Below, in pieces: positions 11,501 to 23,753 of a stretch of 64,000 nucleotides of DNA; the stretch's first letter is position 1, and each line of letters begins with the position of its first letter. Origin of the DNA: Rebecca billardiae RCC1528 (lineage: Eukaryota; Protista; Haptophyta). The stretch lies in NCBI GenBank assembly GCA_965240325.2, contig OZ251223.1:1984001-2048000 (forward strand), in the 5' to 3' direction. A program made the position numbers and the translations under genes. Below the pieces are notes generated by a model. It searched no databases. It had not been told where the DNA came from and saw only the letters and a list, made by a program, of their open reading frames with translations.

Positions 11501-12661
11501 ATGATCGCGTCGTACTACTACATCGGGTACACCACCGTCGAGCTCTTCGCCTCCTCGCTCAGCGCGAGCACCAAGCTGGGCGGGCTGCTCGAGATCCTGA
11601 GTGCAGCGCCCGAGTTTGCGAGCGTGCCGGTGCGACACCGCGAGGACGAGCTGCTGCGCGCGCTCGCGATGCACTGCCCGCTGCGGCTGGACTCGGCGCG
11701 GTACAACGACCCGCACGTCAAGACGAACATCCTGCTGCAGTGCCACTTCTCCCGCCGCGAGCTCCCGCGCGACCTCGCGCACGACCTGCGCCCCGTCCTG
11801 GAGAAGGGGGTGCGGCTGCTGCAGGCCATGGTCGACGTGATCGCCTCGTCCGGCTGGCTCAGCCCGGCGATCGCGTGCATGGAGCTCAGCCAGATGGTGA
11901 CGCAGGCGCTGTGGGACCGCGACCCCGCGCTGCTCCAGCTGCCGCACTTCACGCGCGACCTCGCCAAGCGCTGCGCCGCGCGCGACGTCGAGGGCGTCTT
12001 TGACCTCATGGTGCGGCGCCGCGCCGCCCCGATGCGAGGCCCAGAGGCCGCGCGTGAGGCCGCGCGTGCGCACGGCGCGCGCGGAACGCGCGCGCAACGT
12101 GCTCGCGCGCACGCTGCTCACGCGCGCGGGCCGCCCCTCGCCCGCCGCCGCGCCCCGCTCTCGTCCACGCAGGACCTCGACGACGACGACCGCCGCTCGC
12201 TGCTGCAGATGTCGCCGGCGCAGCTCGCGGACGTGGCGCGCGTGTGCAACCGCTACCCGAGCGTCGACGTCTCGTACGCGGTCGAGGACGAGGACGAGGT
12301 GGCGAGCGGCGACACGGTGGTCGTGAACGTCGCGCTCGCGCGCGAGGCGGAGGGCAGCTTCGAGGTGCACGCGCCGCGCTTCCCCAAGCGCAAGGACGAG
12401 GGCTGGTGGCTGGTGATTGGCGAGCAGCGCACCAACACGCTCATCTCGATCAAGCGCGTGATGCTGCAGCAGAAGGCTAAGGTGAAGCTCGACTTTGTCG
12501 CGCCCGACGCGGGCGAGTACAAGTACATGCTCTACTTCATGTGCGACTCGTACCTCGGCTGCGACCAGGAGTACGAGTTCGAGCTCAAGGTCGCTGAAGC
12601 CGAAGACGAGGACGAGGGCGAGGACGAGGAGGACGAGGAGGAGGACGCTGGCGAGGCGTGA
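5515..12661 (+). CDS. BRR2: U5 snRNP 200-kDa helicase Brr2/SNRNP200; introns 5560-5695, 11312-11464, 12011-12172
   Basis: N-terminus RFRQYEYRA|TSNLVL, two Ski2-like cassettes (APTGAGKT/DEIH and APSGSGKT/DELH), Sec63 units, C-terminal YFMCDSYLGCDQEY. GT-AG introns remove the non-homologous Arg/Ala/Pro stretches. Confidence 0.97.
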
Positions 12662-13326
12662 ATGTCGCGGCGTGAAAGACTGACTCGTGATGACACTCAC
12701 ACTGCTGACGTTGACGTGAGAGGAATGCGCCGCTGCCTGATCTCGTCAGAATACGTCAGTCATCGGTCAGATGGCAACGTGCTGAGACGAGGCATGACTC
12801 TGTCACAGCAGCTACAGTATAGACATATTGACTGACAGACCGCTCAGGTGCTGAGGCTGGTGCTGTATATAGCAGTAGTATAGTAGTCCGAAGCTCCTGA
12901 GAATTGAGGCGCCGCCGGCGCTACTTAGTACGACTGTCTAAGGAGTAAGGTGGCTTAGTCATCTGCTGATCATATATATCGTCATCATCGATCTGCGCTG
13001 ATGTCTGCCACGCATCACGCTGCTTGCGATCGATCATCGAGAGTGCCTAATATGATGCGTCATCACTCTAGTTAGCTAGCTGCTGTGGCGGTAGCTAGAG
13101 TATGCGCATAATGATGCTGTTAGCAGCATGGCGGGCCGCGCCCCGCGCCTGCGGGGCCATGCCGATGATTGCCGGCACGCGTCAAGGCCCACGTCGCGCG
13201 CAGCCTGCGCCAGCCAGCGTGGCGGCGGCACTGCAGCTCGCGGCCCGGCGCGACCCGGGCCCACTGATCCCACTGGCACTGGGCCGCTGCTCCAGGACCA
13301 GAGAAGAGAAGTCGATCCTCACAAGA

Positions 13327-16072
13327 CTACAAGAGTCGCGAAAACGTGCCCGCTGCCAACTTGGCTCCGCCTTGCGATCTCGACGGAGGCCACTTCACCG
13401 AAATCCAGGTTGGGGAGGATCTCCGCTGCACTGGTGGGGAGGATGTCATCCTCCCCGCTCGCCACGGCTGGGGAGGATGTCCGCCGCGCTGTCCCGTCTT
13501 TCGCCGCTGACAAAACTTTCGAAAACGAAAGTCGCGCCATGGCGGACCCGGTGTTCCCGCCCGGCGGCGAAAGGGGCGCGGGGCCGGTGGCTCGCGATCC
13601 GAAGGGCAGTAGTTCGCGACCTCGCTTGGGCGGCGGCAGCGGCGCTGTGGCATGGCGTGTACCATCCGCGCGGCTGTGCGCGATCGCGCGGTCCCGTTCG
13701 TCGCCACGCCGCGCGCGACCGTTCACGCCACAGTCTTTCCGCACTGGCATGCACCCCTTGCAAGCGCATGACGGCGGAGAGCTCAGAGAGCCCGTCACGC
13801 GCGTGACGACCGTGTGGGATGGGTTGTACAACTTGTCTTCATGTTCAAGGAGGCACGCGCCGGCCCATGAGGCGGGCGTGAGGATCATGGACGGCTGCTG
13901 TACTGTTCACAACTCCATGGCCGTGTGGCAGGCGATGACTCATCTTGCAGCAGTTAGGAATGGTCTGGACGTTGGATGGGCTCATCAGAAAGCCTACGAA
14001 GGGCAGCCTACATATCGGCAAAACCCATCCCACGCGGTCGTCACGCGCGTGACGGGCTCTCTGAGCTCTCCGCCGTCATGCGCTTGCAACGGGTGCATGC
14101 CAGTGCGGAAAAGACTGTGGCGTGAACGGTCGCGCGCGGCGTGGCGACGAACGGGACCGCGCGATCGCGCACAGCCGCGCGGATGGTACACGCCATGCCA
14201 CAGCGCCGCTGCCGCCGCCCAAGCGAGGTCGCGAACTACTGCCCTTCGGATCGCGAGCCACCGGCCCCGCGCCCCTTTCGCCGCCGGGCGGGAACACCGG
14301 GTCCGCCATGGCGCGACTTTCGTTTTCGAAAGTTTTGTCAGCGGCGAAAGACCGGACAGCGCGGCGGACATCCTCCCCAGCCGTGGCGAGCGGGGAGGAT
14401 GACATCCTCCCCACCAGTGCAGCGGAGATCCTCCCCAACCTGGATTTCGGTGAAGTGGCCTCCGACGCGTAGCTCGACTTCTCCGAGCCGGATGTGTCCG
14501 GATCTGGCGAGGGCTCTGCGCTCTCCGCGTCCATCCACGTCTCGTCCTGCTGCGTCGCCTTGCTTTCTGTGGGACGCCTGCACCGCGACCGGGCGGGCAT
14601 CGGGGTATGGGGCGCGTGCGCGGCGGGGGTAGCACACGTGAGTATTGTTGTAGGGCAGGCGTGCACGCGCCGGGGGGCGGAGGGGGGGGGGGGGGGGGCA
14701 GGTTGTCTACGGGTGCGACCGCGACGCACTTGACGTGGGGCAGGTTGTAGATGTAGCTGGACCCGGAGATGGCCCAGATGGCAGCCACGAGCTTGGGCTC
14801 CAGTGGGTGCGCAAACAAGAGTACCTCCACCACGAAGGTGGCCAGCATGGCAAAGCCGTGCGCGTACACGCGCGCAATGTTGTCCAGGAACTGTGCGCAT
14901 GGGCGGCCGTCGGGCGGGGGGGGCGCGGGGGGATGGCCGGGCGTGCCCCGGGGTTGAGATGGGTGAGCCAATGCTCGTGCTGGGTCCAGCTTGAGCGCGC
15001 TCGGGGCTTGTGCCGGCCCGGCGCGGCGCGCACCTTGAGCACCGCGGAGATGCAGAGCCCGGTGAGCATGTTGTTGGCCACGATGCCCCACGTCCACGCG
15101 TTGTAGCCCTCGGTGAAGCCTCCCCGCGTAAGGCGCCCGTGGTCCTGCCAGGCGAGCGCAAGGCTGTTGAGCATCACGCCCCACGTGTACACCTGGATGT
15201 TCTGCCAGTGAATGGTCACGCTCCGCTGATCCTTCATCAGCTTCTCGTTGTACACGCCGCCCGCCGTGGACAGTGCGCATGTCACAAGCGAGAGCACGAG
15301 TCCCAGAAGGATGTTTGGGTTGGCGTCGCGGCCAGACGTGCCAGACAAATCGCCGGCGGGCGAAGTGACGATGAAGATGGAACCGGCCAGCAGGGCCACG
15401 GCGGTCATCTGCGCGCGCGTGAGCAGCTTCATGCCCGTCATGTGCATTGCAAAGCCCGTCCTGCGCTCGCGAGAGAGTGGTGGAGGAGGGCGTCGATCGA
15501 CATATTGGCAGTGGGCAGCAGGGCGAGGGTGAGACGGGGCCGCGGCTTGTGGCGTGCGCGCGCGGGCAGGCGAGGCCGTGCAGGCGCGGGTTGACACGGG
15601 CGAGCACCGCGAAACCAGCGCGCAGGCACAGCCGGCGGCCGAGTGTCCTCGAGCCGTCAGCCCGCCCACCCTCTGCCACGTGCAGCAGTGCTCACATGAT
15701 TGTCTTCATGCACGCAAAAATCTGGAATGTAGTGGCAGAGATGCATTTGAGCACGATGAATATCAAGTTGTTGTTGCCCATGTAGACGAGGGACGGCACG
15801 CCGTACTTCAAAAACTGAAAAGGGGATCGTGGGCACAGCGCGTCGAGAGCATGCAATGTGGAGCCCCCGTGTTCGTCGCGCCGCTCAATGGCGAGCGCGG
15901 TGAGCGCCAGGATTGAGACAGACAGCTTGCCCATCTCGGCAAAGAGGGTCACGGTCATGATGGCGTACTCAAAGTGCCCGTCCACCTGGCTGAGCTTGGT
16001 GAAGATGGGCTGGGTGGTCATCGTCACCGCCGCGCCGATGAAGGCCAGGCTCCGGAGGCCGATCCCGCGCAT
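13327..16072 (-). CDS. Nucleotide-sugar transporter (SLC35A, CMP-sialic acid/UDP-Gal-like); introns 15461-15695, 14891-15033, 14578-14729; last exon interrupted by the fold-back element
   Basis: Motifs AEMGKL, YGVPSLVYMGNNNL, TFQIFACMK, GGVYNEKLMK, IHWQNIQVYTWG, GFTEGYN, GLCISAVLK|FLDNIARVYA. The ancestral stop TAG at 13327-13329 is recovered in frame on removing the element; the present frame stops at 14076. Confidence 0.88.
13386..14462. mobile_element. Non-autonomous fold-back DNA transposon (MITE-like) with about 440-bp TIRs
   Basis: 13386-13825 is the reverse complement of 14022-14462 with about 4 differences. It is flanked by direct repeat CGACG (13381-13385 and 14463-14467); the alternative reading is a 3-bp TSD GAC with GGAGGCC ends. 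GGGGAGGAT is repeated subterminally. Confidence 0.92.
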
Positions 16073-17131
16073 CTCGTGAGTCGTGACGCGCCGCGTGCAC
16101 AAGCCACGCAAACCGGACCGCCGGTGGTTTGGTTCCGACCGCCCAGGCAAAACAACGCCTGGCTAAGCGTATCATAATGACCTCTGATACTTGTACTACT
16201 AATCATTCTCGTCAGGAGTACTGTGCCTATCATAAGCTGTGTGCGCGTACTGTATTCTACGCGACGCTGACGAAAGTAATTAATTAATTAGCACGGGCCG
16301 CAACGCTTCGGATGTCGGGGATCACGCCATCACGGGTCCGGATGATGTTCATGAGTGGATGACACGCCATTGTTGTCAGCCCGCATCCACAAAATAGCTA
16401 TGGAGTGATGGGCGACTACGAGGGGGCCGGGGGGACGACGGCGAGGAGCGCTGATGATCCTGGTGTTTGTCTCTGCTGCTCGATCTGCTCCGCCGCGGCG
16501 GCGGTCAATGCGTCGCTCGATCCAGCACTACGCTACGTCTTGACTAGCGAGGGAGACGCCGAGATCAGGGCTTTGTGCGAGGCGTCGCATGGTCGTCGCG
16601 AGGCGGCGCACAGCTGACGCTGTCAATCGACGCCGCTGCACGGCTCCGGCCCTCAGGCTCAGCGCCGCATTTGCGGCAGTCTGCGCCCATGCAAATCTGG
16701 CGAGTTGGGCCCCTATTGAGGCGTATTTGGTCCTTCGATGGGCTGGGGGGAGCCCCCCCCAGACCCCCCCAAATTGAAATGGTTTAAATGGCACCCGCCT
16801 GCCGTAGTGCGGACGTCCCGGACAGTGACCAGAGCCGACGCATGGCGGTGGTCGTCGTCGATCATCACGATCTGCATCAGAATGCCTGCGTCAGAATCAG
16901 AGGCGAGGGCCTGAGGCTGACTAGACTTATTGTCAGCTCGGTGATCACGATTCACGGTTACGGAGTCCCGCGGTACGGCTAGCCATGACGGGCAGACTGT
17001 CGCCACGATTCACGAAACGGTAGCCTGTGAGAACCGTGACAAGGAAGTGCACCGCGAAGATCAAGAGAAAGGCAAATGCGCTCGCCAACCCTGCGAGCGC
17101 CTCCGGCACCACGCCCGCGCGGCGCGGCTCA

Positions 17132-19834
17132 TCACTTGCCAAACGCCTCGACGCAGCTCGCCATTGTCGTCGATGCGCGTGTGATGCAGTCCGTCATGTA
17201 GAAGTTGGGCACCGACGACTTGAGCGGCGCGGAGGCATCCACGGACGGCTTGGCGTCGGGTGGCACGGCCAGCATCGCCTGCGCGAGGTCGCACGCGAGG
17301 GCGCACCGCGTGGGCGCGCGTGAGCCGCGCGTGGCAGGGCGGGTGTCCGTGGCAGGCAGGTGCGGTGCACGCGCCCACGGCACGCAGCGCCCGGGGTTGG
17401 GTCCTCGGTCGCGCATGCGCGCGCCGCGCCGCACGCACCCTGGCGAGCTCTGGTGAGACGGGCTCGACGTCTTCGATCCCTTCGACAAGCTGCGGCGCGA
17501 TGCTGCTGATGCGCTCGCGCACGCCCTCCACGGTCGAGTAGGGCAGCGGCTTGCCGCTCACCTCGGAGAGCGCGCGGATCACCTTCCAGTCGTCGCGCGC
17601 CTCGCCCGGCGGCGAGACGGCGCGCGCCGTCCGCTGCGCGCGCCCCTCCATGTTGACGTACGTCGCGTCCTTCTCCGTGTACGCGGGGCCGGGCAGCACG
17701 ACGCCCGCGATCTCCGCGCCCAGATCGCCGTGGTGGCCCTGCGCGCGTGGCGCACGCGGCGCCGCGCGGCGGCCTCGTGAGCGCGCCGCGCGGCGAGGGC
17801 GCGCCGGCGCGCGCGCGGCACGCGCGGCGCCGAGTGGGCGGCAGCGGCGCTCACCTGGTACACGATGAACGCCTCGGGCGAGATGCGGTCGAGGTTGACA
17901 GAGTCGTAGCCGAGGAGGTAGAGCACGTCGTACGGCGCCTCGTCGGCGTCGCCCGCGCCCTCCGCCGCGAACGGGATCGGCGAGAGCCCGAGGTCGAGCG
18001 CGCCGACGGCCGCGGCCGTGGGCTGCACAGTCGCCAGCCCGTTCCAGCCCTCACGAATCAGCGGCTTGCACGCGCTCGCGAGCTTGCGCACGGCCCAGGC
18101 GATGCCCTCCGCATCGGCGCGCTCGTACGCGCCCGTGCCCACGAGCACGAGCGGCCGCTCGGCCTTCGCGAGCACCTCGAAGAACGGGTGCTTCCCCGCG
18201 GCGAGGTCGAGCAGCGTCTGCGCGCTCTCGCCGAGGTGCGAGTACTCGTAGGTGAGCGCGGCCGCGGGGCCGACCGCGGCGACGGGCACGCCGTCGTGGT
18301 ACGCGCGGCGGCGGAGGCGGGCGTTGAGCAGCGGGGCCTCGAGGCGCAGGTTCGTCGAGAGCAGCAGCACGGCGTCCGCCTCTTCCACCCCCGCGATCGT
18401 CGAGTTGAGCGTGTACGCCGCGCGGCAGTCGGTCGCCATCCCCGCGGGCACGTCGCAGAAGATCGCCTCAGAGTTGAACGAGTTGAGCAGGTCCTTGAGG
18501 CACATGATCGACTCGGCGTCGGCGAGCGCGCCGACGTACGCGCCGATGCGCGGGCCGTCGGCCGCGTCGAGCCGCTCGCTCACGATCTCGAGCGCGTCTC
18601 TCCACGACGCGGGGCGCAGCATGTCCTCCGCGTGCGCGCGCACCATCGGCGAGTCGATGCGCTGTCGCTTGAGGCCGTCAAACGCGAACCGCGTCTTGTC
18701 CGAGATCCACTCCTCGTTGATGTCCTCGTTGAGGCGCGGGAGCACGCGCATGACCTCGCCGCCGCGCGTGTCCACCCGGATGTTCGAGCCGAGCCCGTCG
18801 AGCACGTCGATCGACTCGGTCGAGCGCAGCTCCCACGGGCGCGCCGTGAAGGCGTATGGCTTGGAGGTGAGCGCGCCCACCGGGCAGAGGTCGGCCACGT
18901 TGCCCGACAGCTCCGAGTCGAGCATCTTCTCGACGTACGTGCCGATCTCCATCGCGTTGCCGCGGCCGACGGTGCCGAGCATGTCCACGCCGGCCACCTG
19001 CGCGGCGTCGCGCGCGCGCCACGCTCGCGCGGCGGGTCAGGCGCGCGGGTGGTGCGCAGCGAGCGGTGGCCCCGGCCGCGTGCGCGCGCGCGTCCGCGCG
19101 CGCGGGGTCGTTACCTCGGTGGCGAAGCGCACGCAGCGCGTGCAGTGGATGCACCGCGTCATCACCGTCTTGATCAGCGGGCCCAGGTTCTTGTCCTCGA
19201 CGCCGCGGCGGACCTCCGTCGTGCGCCCGCGGTCGGCGCCAAAGTACATGGACTGGTCCTGCAGGTCGCACTCGCCGCCCTGGTCGCAGATCGGGCAGTC
19301 GAGCGGGTGGTTGGCGAGCAGGAACTCCATCACGCCCTCGCGCGCCTTCTTGACGATCGGCGAGTCGGTGAAGACCTTCATCCCCGGCGCGGCGGGCATG
19401 GCGCACGCCGCGACGGGCTTTGGCGCCTTCTCGATCTCGACCAGGCACATGCGGCAGTTGCCCGCGACCGACAGCCGCTCGTGGTAGCAGAAGCGCGGCA
19501 CCTGGATGCCGACCTGCTCGCAGGCCTGGATGAGGGTCGAGCCCTTCTGCACCTGTACGGTGTGGCCGTCAATGACCACCTCGATCATCTCCGTGTGCGC
19601 GGGGTGCAGATCCTGCTTGAAGTCGACACCTCGGTCGCGTGGCAGCGTCTTGGGCAGCACCGCGAAACCCTCATCGTCCAGCTGCACCGTGACCGACGCG
19701 GGGCCGTCGGATTCCTGCGGCTGGAGCGCGGACGACTCGCGCGGCCCACTCGCGTGTACCCTGCGAAGGCACGCCGGCAAGACGGCCGCCCGCGCCGGGG
19801 CGGCCACCGGCACCGCCCGGCGCGCGAGAAGCAT
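17132..19834 (-). CDS. NDUFS1: Mitochondrial complex I 75-kDa Fe-S subunit (NuoG/Nad11); introns 18998-19114, 17739-17854, 17279-17438
   Basis: [66 protein letters not shown]|GHHGD, NFYMTD; Arg/Ala-rich presequence. Confidence 0.97.
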
Positions 19835-20253
19835 GGTGGTCGTCCACACGCCCCCGATCGATCTCGCGACCGATGCCGAGCTGCCGCAAAGCCAAAGCGG
19901 GAAACCTTGCCGCCCCCCGGAAATTGAAACTCGTGGCCGAAATAAATCAACAGCGATGATTTCTCACGCGCGTATTCCCAGCCACGCGCGGTCCTGACAC
20001 AGCGGCCGTGAGCGGACAGTCGCGATGCGACGGCGACAGCTCGTTCCAACGTTCGTCACGATGAATCAGGCTCTGCCGCCGCCGCCGAAGGTCCAAAACA
20101 CTGGCCCCTCCAGGCTGCCCACAGACCGGAGTACCGGACCCGTTGACCACCCCGCACCCGGTCGGCTGGAATCCTGGATAAGTGGATTGCTGGCCAGACA
20201 CCTGACCGTCCCGAATTGTGCGACAGCCTCATGCTGAAGGACAGCGTCAACAA

Positions 20254-21589
20254 TCAGATCTTGTTCCCCATGTACGCGTTGTACATAGCCATGTTGCGCT
20301 TGAGCATGTCCTGGAGCGGCCCGAGAACGCGCGTGAACGTGCGCCGGTCGAGCGCGAGCACGCGCACGTCGCCGACTGCCGTGACCGTCGCCGCGCGTGG
20401 TCGGTTTGTGAGCAGCGCAATCTCACCAAAGTAGTCGCCTGGCTTGCACCTGCCGATCTCCTGCACCGCGCCTGCGTCCATCGAGGTGCACACCACCTCG
20501 CCCTTCTCCAGGATGAAGAATGTGTTGCCCGACTGCGCAACGCGTACGACGCAAGGGGAGGCGCGGCAGAGCGAGTGCGCACGTGAGCACGCTGCGCGCG
20601 CAACGGCGCCGACTGCGCGTCGGCCGTGCGCCGTGCGCGCTCACCTCGCCCTGGTGGATGATCTCCTCGCCATCCTTGTACTCGACCGACTTGAGCGCGT
20701 CCGCGACGGTCTGGCGCTCGTTCTTCGTGAGCGAGGAGAGCAGCGGCACATGCTCGAGGAAGCCCTCGTACGTGTTGCGCTTCTTGATCGTCGTGTCCAT
20801 CATGATGTACTTGAAGGTCGTGCGGTCGACCGCGAACAGCGTCGTGTCGGTCTTCGCCTTGACGGTCGCGGCGCGCGGCCAGTTGTACAGCAGCGCGAGC
20901 TCGCCGAACGAGTCGCCCTCAAGGCACGTGAGCACGTGCGACTCGGTGTCGCCCTTACGCACGAAGACGTCGCACTCCCCGCTGTACACGATGTAGAAGT
21001 TGTCCCCCTCCGAGCCCTGCTTGATGATCGTCGAGCCCGCCGTGTGGTCCACCTGGAACATCGCGTCCAGGAGGACGTCGAGCTGCTCCTTGTCGAGCGT
21101 GGAGAAGAGGAAGGTCTCCTGCGCCTTCGTCGCCAGCCGTTCGCGCGTCGCCGGGTCTTTCTCGTGCACCTTCCGCTCGTACATCTTGGCGATCGAGGTC
21201 GGATCCACTGACTCCGCGCTGACGGCCGATCGTCGGCGCGACGCCTTGTTGCGGTTCATCTGCATGGCCATCTGCACTGACATGTCAGGCGCGCTCTGAT
21301 CGCTGGGCGGCGGTTCGGTCTCGAAGTCGTCTTCCTCGGCCTCGGGATCGTCCTCATCGATGTGGGCCTTGATGGCCGGGACCGTGCCCATCGCGCGGCC
21401 AGCGCCCACGTTCACCGAGTCAGGGTACTGAGTGGCCATCCAGTCGATGACGAACTGCTGCGGGTTCGCTGGCCGGTGGATGCACATCGCCTCGAGCATG
21501 TTGCACAGCATGTCGTTCACTTTGTGCTCTTGCAGGTACGCCTGCACTTGCGCGCGCTCGCGCGTGGCCTCCGTCTGGTCGCTCGCCAT
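20254..21589 (-). CDS. cAMP-dependent protein kinase regulatory subunit; intron 20533-20644
   Basis: N-terminal dimerisation/docking-like domain (YLQEHKV..MCIHRPANPQQF), inhibitor site RRSAVSAE, and two cyclic-nucleotide cassettes FGELALLYNWPRAATV and FGEIALLTNRPRAATV. Confidence 0.93.
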
Positions 21590-22632
21590 GGCGACCGACA
21601 AGGCCTGCCCGTGGCTGACGACGACCTCGAACCTGCCAGGCACGGCCAGCAGCGGCCAGATTCATCATGGCTTCCGGTGCTGGGCAGCCGGGAGCAAAGA
21701 AATGAGAAGCGCAAATTTGGCTTTCATGGCGGGTGTAACCGACACCTGCTCGGATCTCGCATGAGCACGATCGATGGCGGTCCGGCAGCGCTCAGCGGGG
21801 GAGGGGGGCTCGGACGTGCACGGGGGCTATCTACCAGAAGTGCATCACGCTTTCGCGCATCGTTCATGGCGCGCGTACGGTAGCCTTGATCGTGTTGTGT
21901 CCGCCTTCTGGTGAGTCGTGCATCGCAAGGTCAAAGTCGTGAAATTGAGCACCGAGGCCGCTGGCCCGGCCGCGTGGACTGAGTGCCACGCCGCCGAGTT
22001 ACCAAGCGTTACTCGGACCTTGGCCAGGCGCCAGCCAAGGCTGTAGGGGGACGTGGGGGTACGCGTCGCACTGCGTCGCGCCTAGTTGCTACTGACCGTG
22101 CTGGTAGCATAAGGTAGGTGACGGGCCGAACCGACTGGCCCGGACTGGCGCCGAAACCGCCAGTCTGACCGGAATTACGCCAATTATACTACGGCCCCCG
22201 TGCGGCCGTGCCCCGTGGCCCGTCGTACATGTACTATACGTATATATAGATGTTGCAGCGTGCAACACGACGTTGCTCACGTTGCCAGGCACGTTGGCGG
22301 CCGTAGGCACGGTATGATGAAGCGACCGCCCGGCGGTCGCTTCATTCAGTCATGTACCGTGTGCCGGCGGGCGTACGTACGGACCGGCACGGCGGCGCGC
22401 GTGCCCGGCGCGCACTCGGCCAGGCCCAGGCCGCCCAGGGCCAGGGCTGGCAGCGTCGGGGCGTCGGGCGCCGGGCCAGGCTGCGGTGTGATTCACTGAC
22501 TCGCCGAGTGTCAGGTCAAGGTGCGTCACCATGCTCTGAACTGCCAGTGTGCTGTTGACCAAAGCTGTGTCGGCAGTTGGTTAGCCAATAGACGCCGACG
22601 GAGCCTTTGCAAGTCTCATACTCTCAATCTCA

Positions 22633-23550
22633 TTAGCGGATTGCAGAGGCAACATCTGACGCGCGCACCTCGCCACCGCTTGTCACAGGTCGCGGCTGCC
22701 CACGCGCCAATGCTCGATCCAGCGCTGTCTTGGCGACGGTATCCGTCGCCAACACCACCGCAGCCGCGCCGTCCGCCGGATTCTCCGCCGACTCGTCGTC
22801 CGCCTCCACCTCGTCATGGGCCAGGAAGTCAGCGGGCACCTCGGCGATGATGCTGAGGAGGTCGGCCGCAAGCGGGTCCTCAGGGTCGCCCTCGCACCGC
22901 TCCATGCACACATGCTCAATGCGCTGCAGCGCGCCGAAGAGCAGCTCGCGCTCGTGCCGCACCTCGTAGAACTCCGCCTGCGTGTCCTCGAGCGCGCGCA
23001 TGCGCTTGGCCAGCTCCTGCTGCAGGCACTCGACCAGCTGGCCCAGCTCATCGCGCCGCTGCGTCAGCTTGGGGTCCGCGCTGTTCGCGCCGGAGCGGGC
23101 GTCCGCAGCTGGCATGGGTGGCTCCGAGAGGCCGATAGGCTCGCTCTCCACGTCGATGCCTTGCGCGGCAGCGGCCTCCATACGCGCCTTGAGTGCCGCG
23201 TACCCCTCGAGCGCGTCCATTCGCAAGGCCGACGCCTCAGCGTACTGACGCAGCGCACTCGCCACCAGAAAGTGCTCGGCCTCGTCAGCGTCAGCGAGGC
23301 GTCCTATATCGGTCAGCTCGACACCGATGCCCGTATGCCGGATCGCCTGCTGCACCAGCTGCAAGTTGTGGACGCGCTCCTCCCGCGAGCCCGGCAGCAT
23401 CTGCAGCGTTTGCAGCAGGCCGCCGTCCTCGCCAAGGAGAGCGTCGACCAGCTGCATGTACTGCACGCCGTCGGCGAGCGCGGCGAGCGACGTGTGCTGC
23501 GTCTGAAACTGTTCGTTCCACCAGTCGAGCAGATCATCCGCCTCCTCCAT
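22633..23550 (-). CDS. Divergent EB1/RP-family-like protein (CH domain, coiled coil, EB1 C-terminal motif)
   Basis: DLLDWWNE..LADGVQYMQLVD..HNLQLVQQA resembles the EB1 CH domain. ERELLFGALQRIEHVC resembles ERDFYFGKLRxIExxC. Confidence 0.65.
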   Translation of the reverse strand: MEEADDLLDWWNEQFQTQHTSLAALADGVQYMQLVDALLGEDGGLLQTLQMLPGSREERVHNLQLVQQAIRHTGIGVELTDIGRLADADEAEHFLVASALRQYAEASALRMDALEGYAALKARMEAAAAQGIDVESEPIGLSEPPMPAADARSGANSADPKLTQRRDELGQLVECLQQELAKRMRALEDTQAEFYEVRHERELLFGALQRIEHVCMERCEGDPEDPLAADLLSIIAEVPADFLAHDEVEADDESAENPADGAAAVVLATDTVAKTALDRALARGQPRPVTSGGEVRASDVASAIR

Positions 23551-23682
23551 CCTGCGCTCGAGGAGTCGCGCTGCCGTTGGCGGCGGCGGCGCACGTCAAA
23601 CCCCCGCTTTGCTGACGCGACGAGTCGCCCGCCTCTGATCGCGTCAGCATGGCGCCCGGCCACGGCCGCGACGAAAGGGCTG

Positions 23683-23730
23683 ATCTTGCCTGCCTGAGCT
23701 GTGTGCGTCTCTTATTCTTAGTAAACTGTA
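23683..23730 (-). repeat. Dispersed TA-CAGT terminal-repeat-like motif, short copy
   Basis: Reverse complement of TACAGTTTACTAAGAATAAGAGACGCACACAGCTCAGGCAGGCAAGAT. Confidence 0.85.
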
Positions 23731-23753
23731 CTGATGCGCCGCGCGCGCCCCGC

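Noticed and set aside
13102-14632. Duplicated ORFs on both strands here and at 37324-38751
   Set aside because: Products of the inverted arms of the fold-back elements, not genes.
16742-16790. G/C-run hairpin GGGGGGAGCCCCCCCCAGACCCCCCC resembling a mobile-element end
   Set aside because: Single occurrence with no partner end or TSD found.
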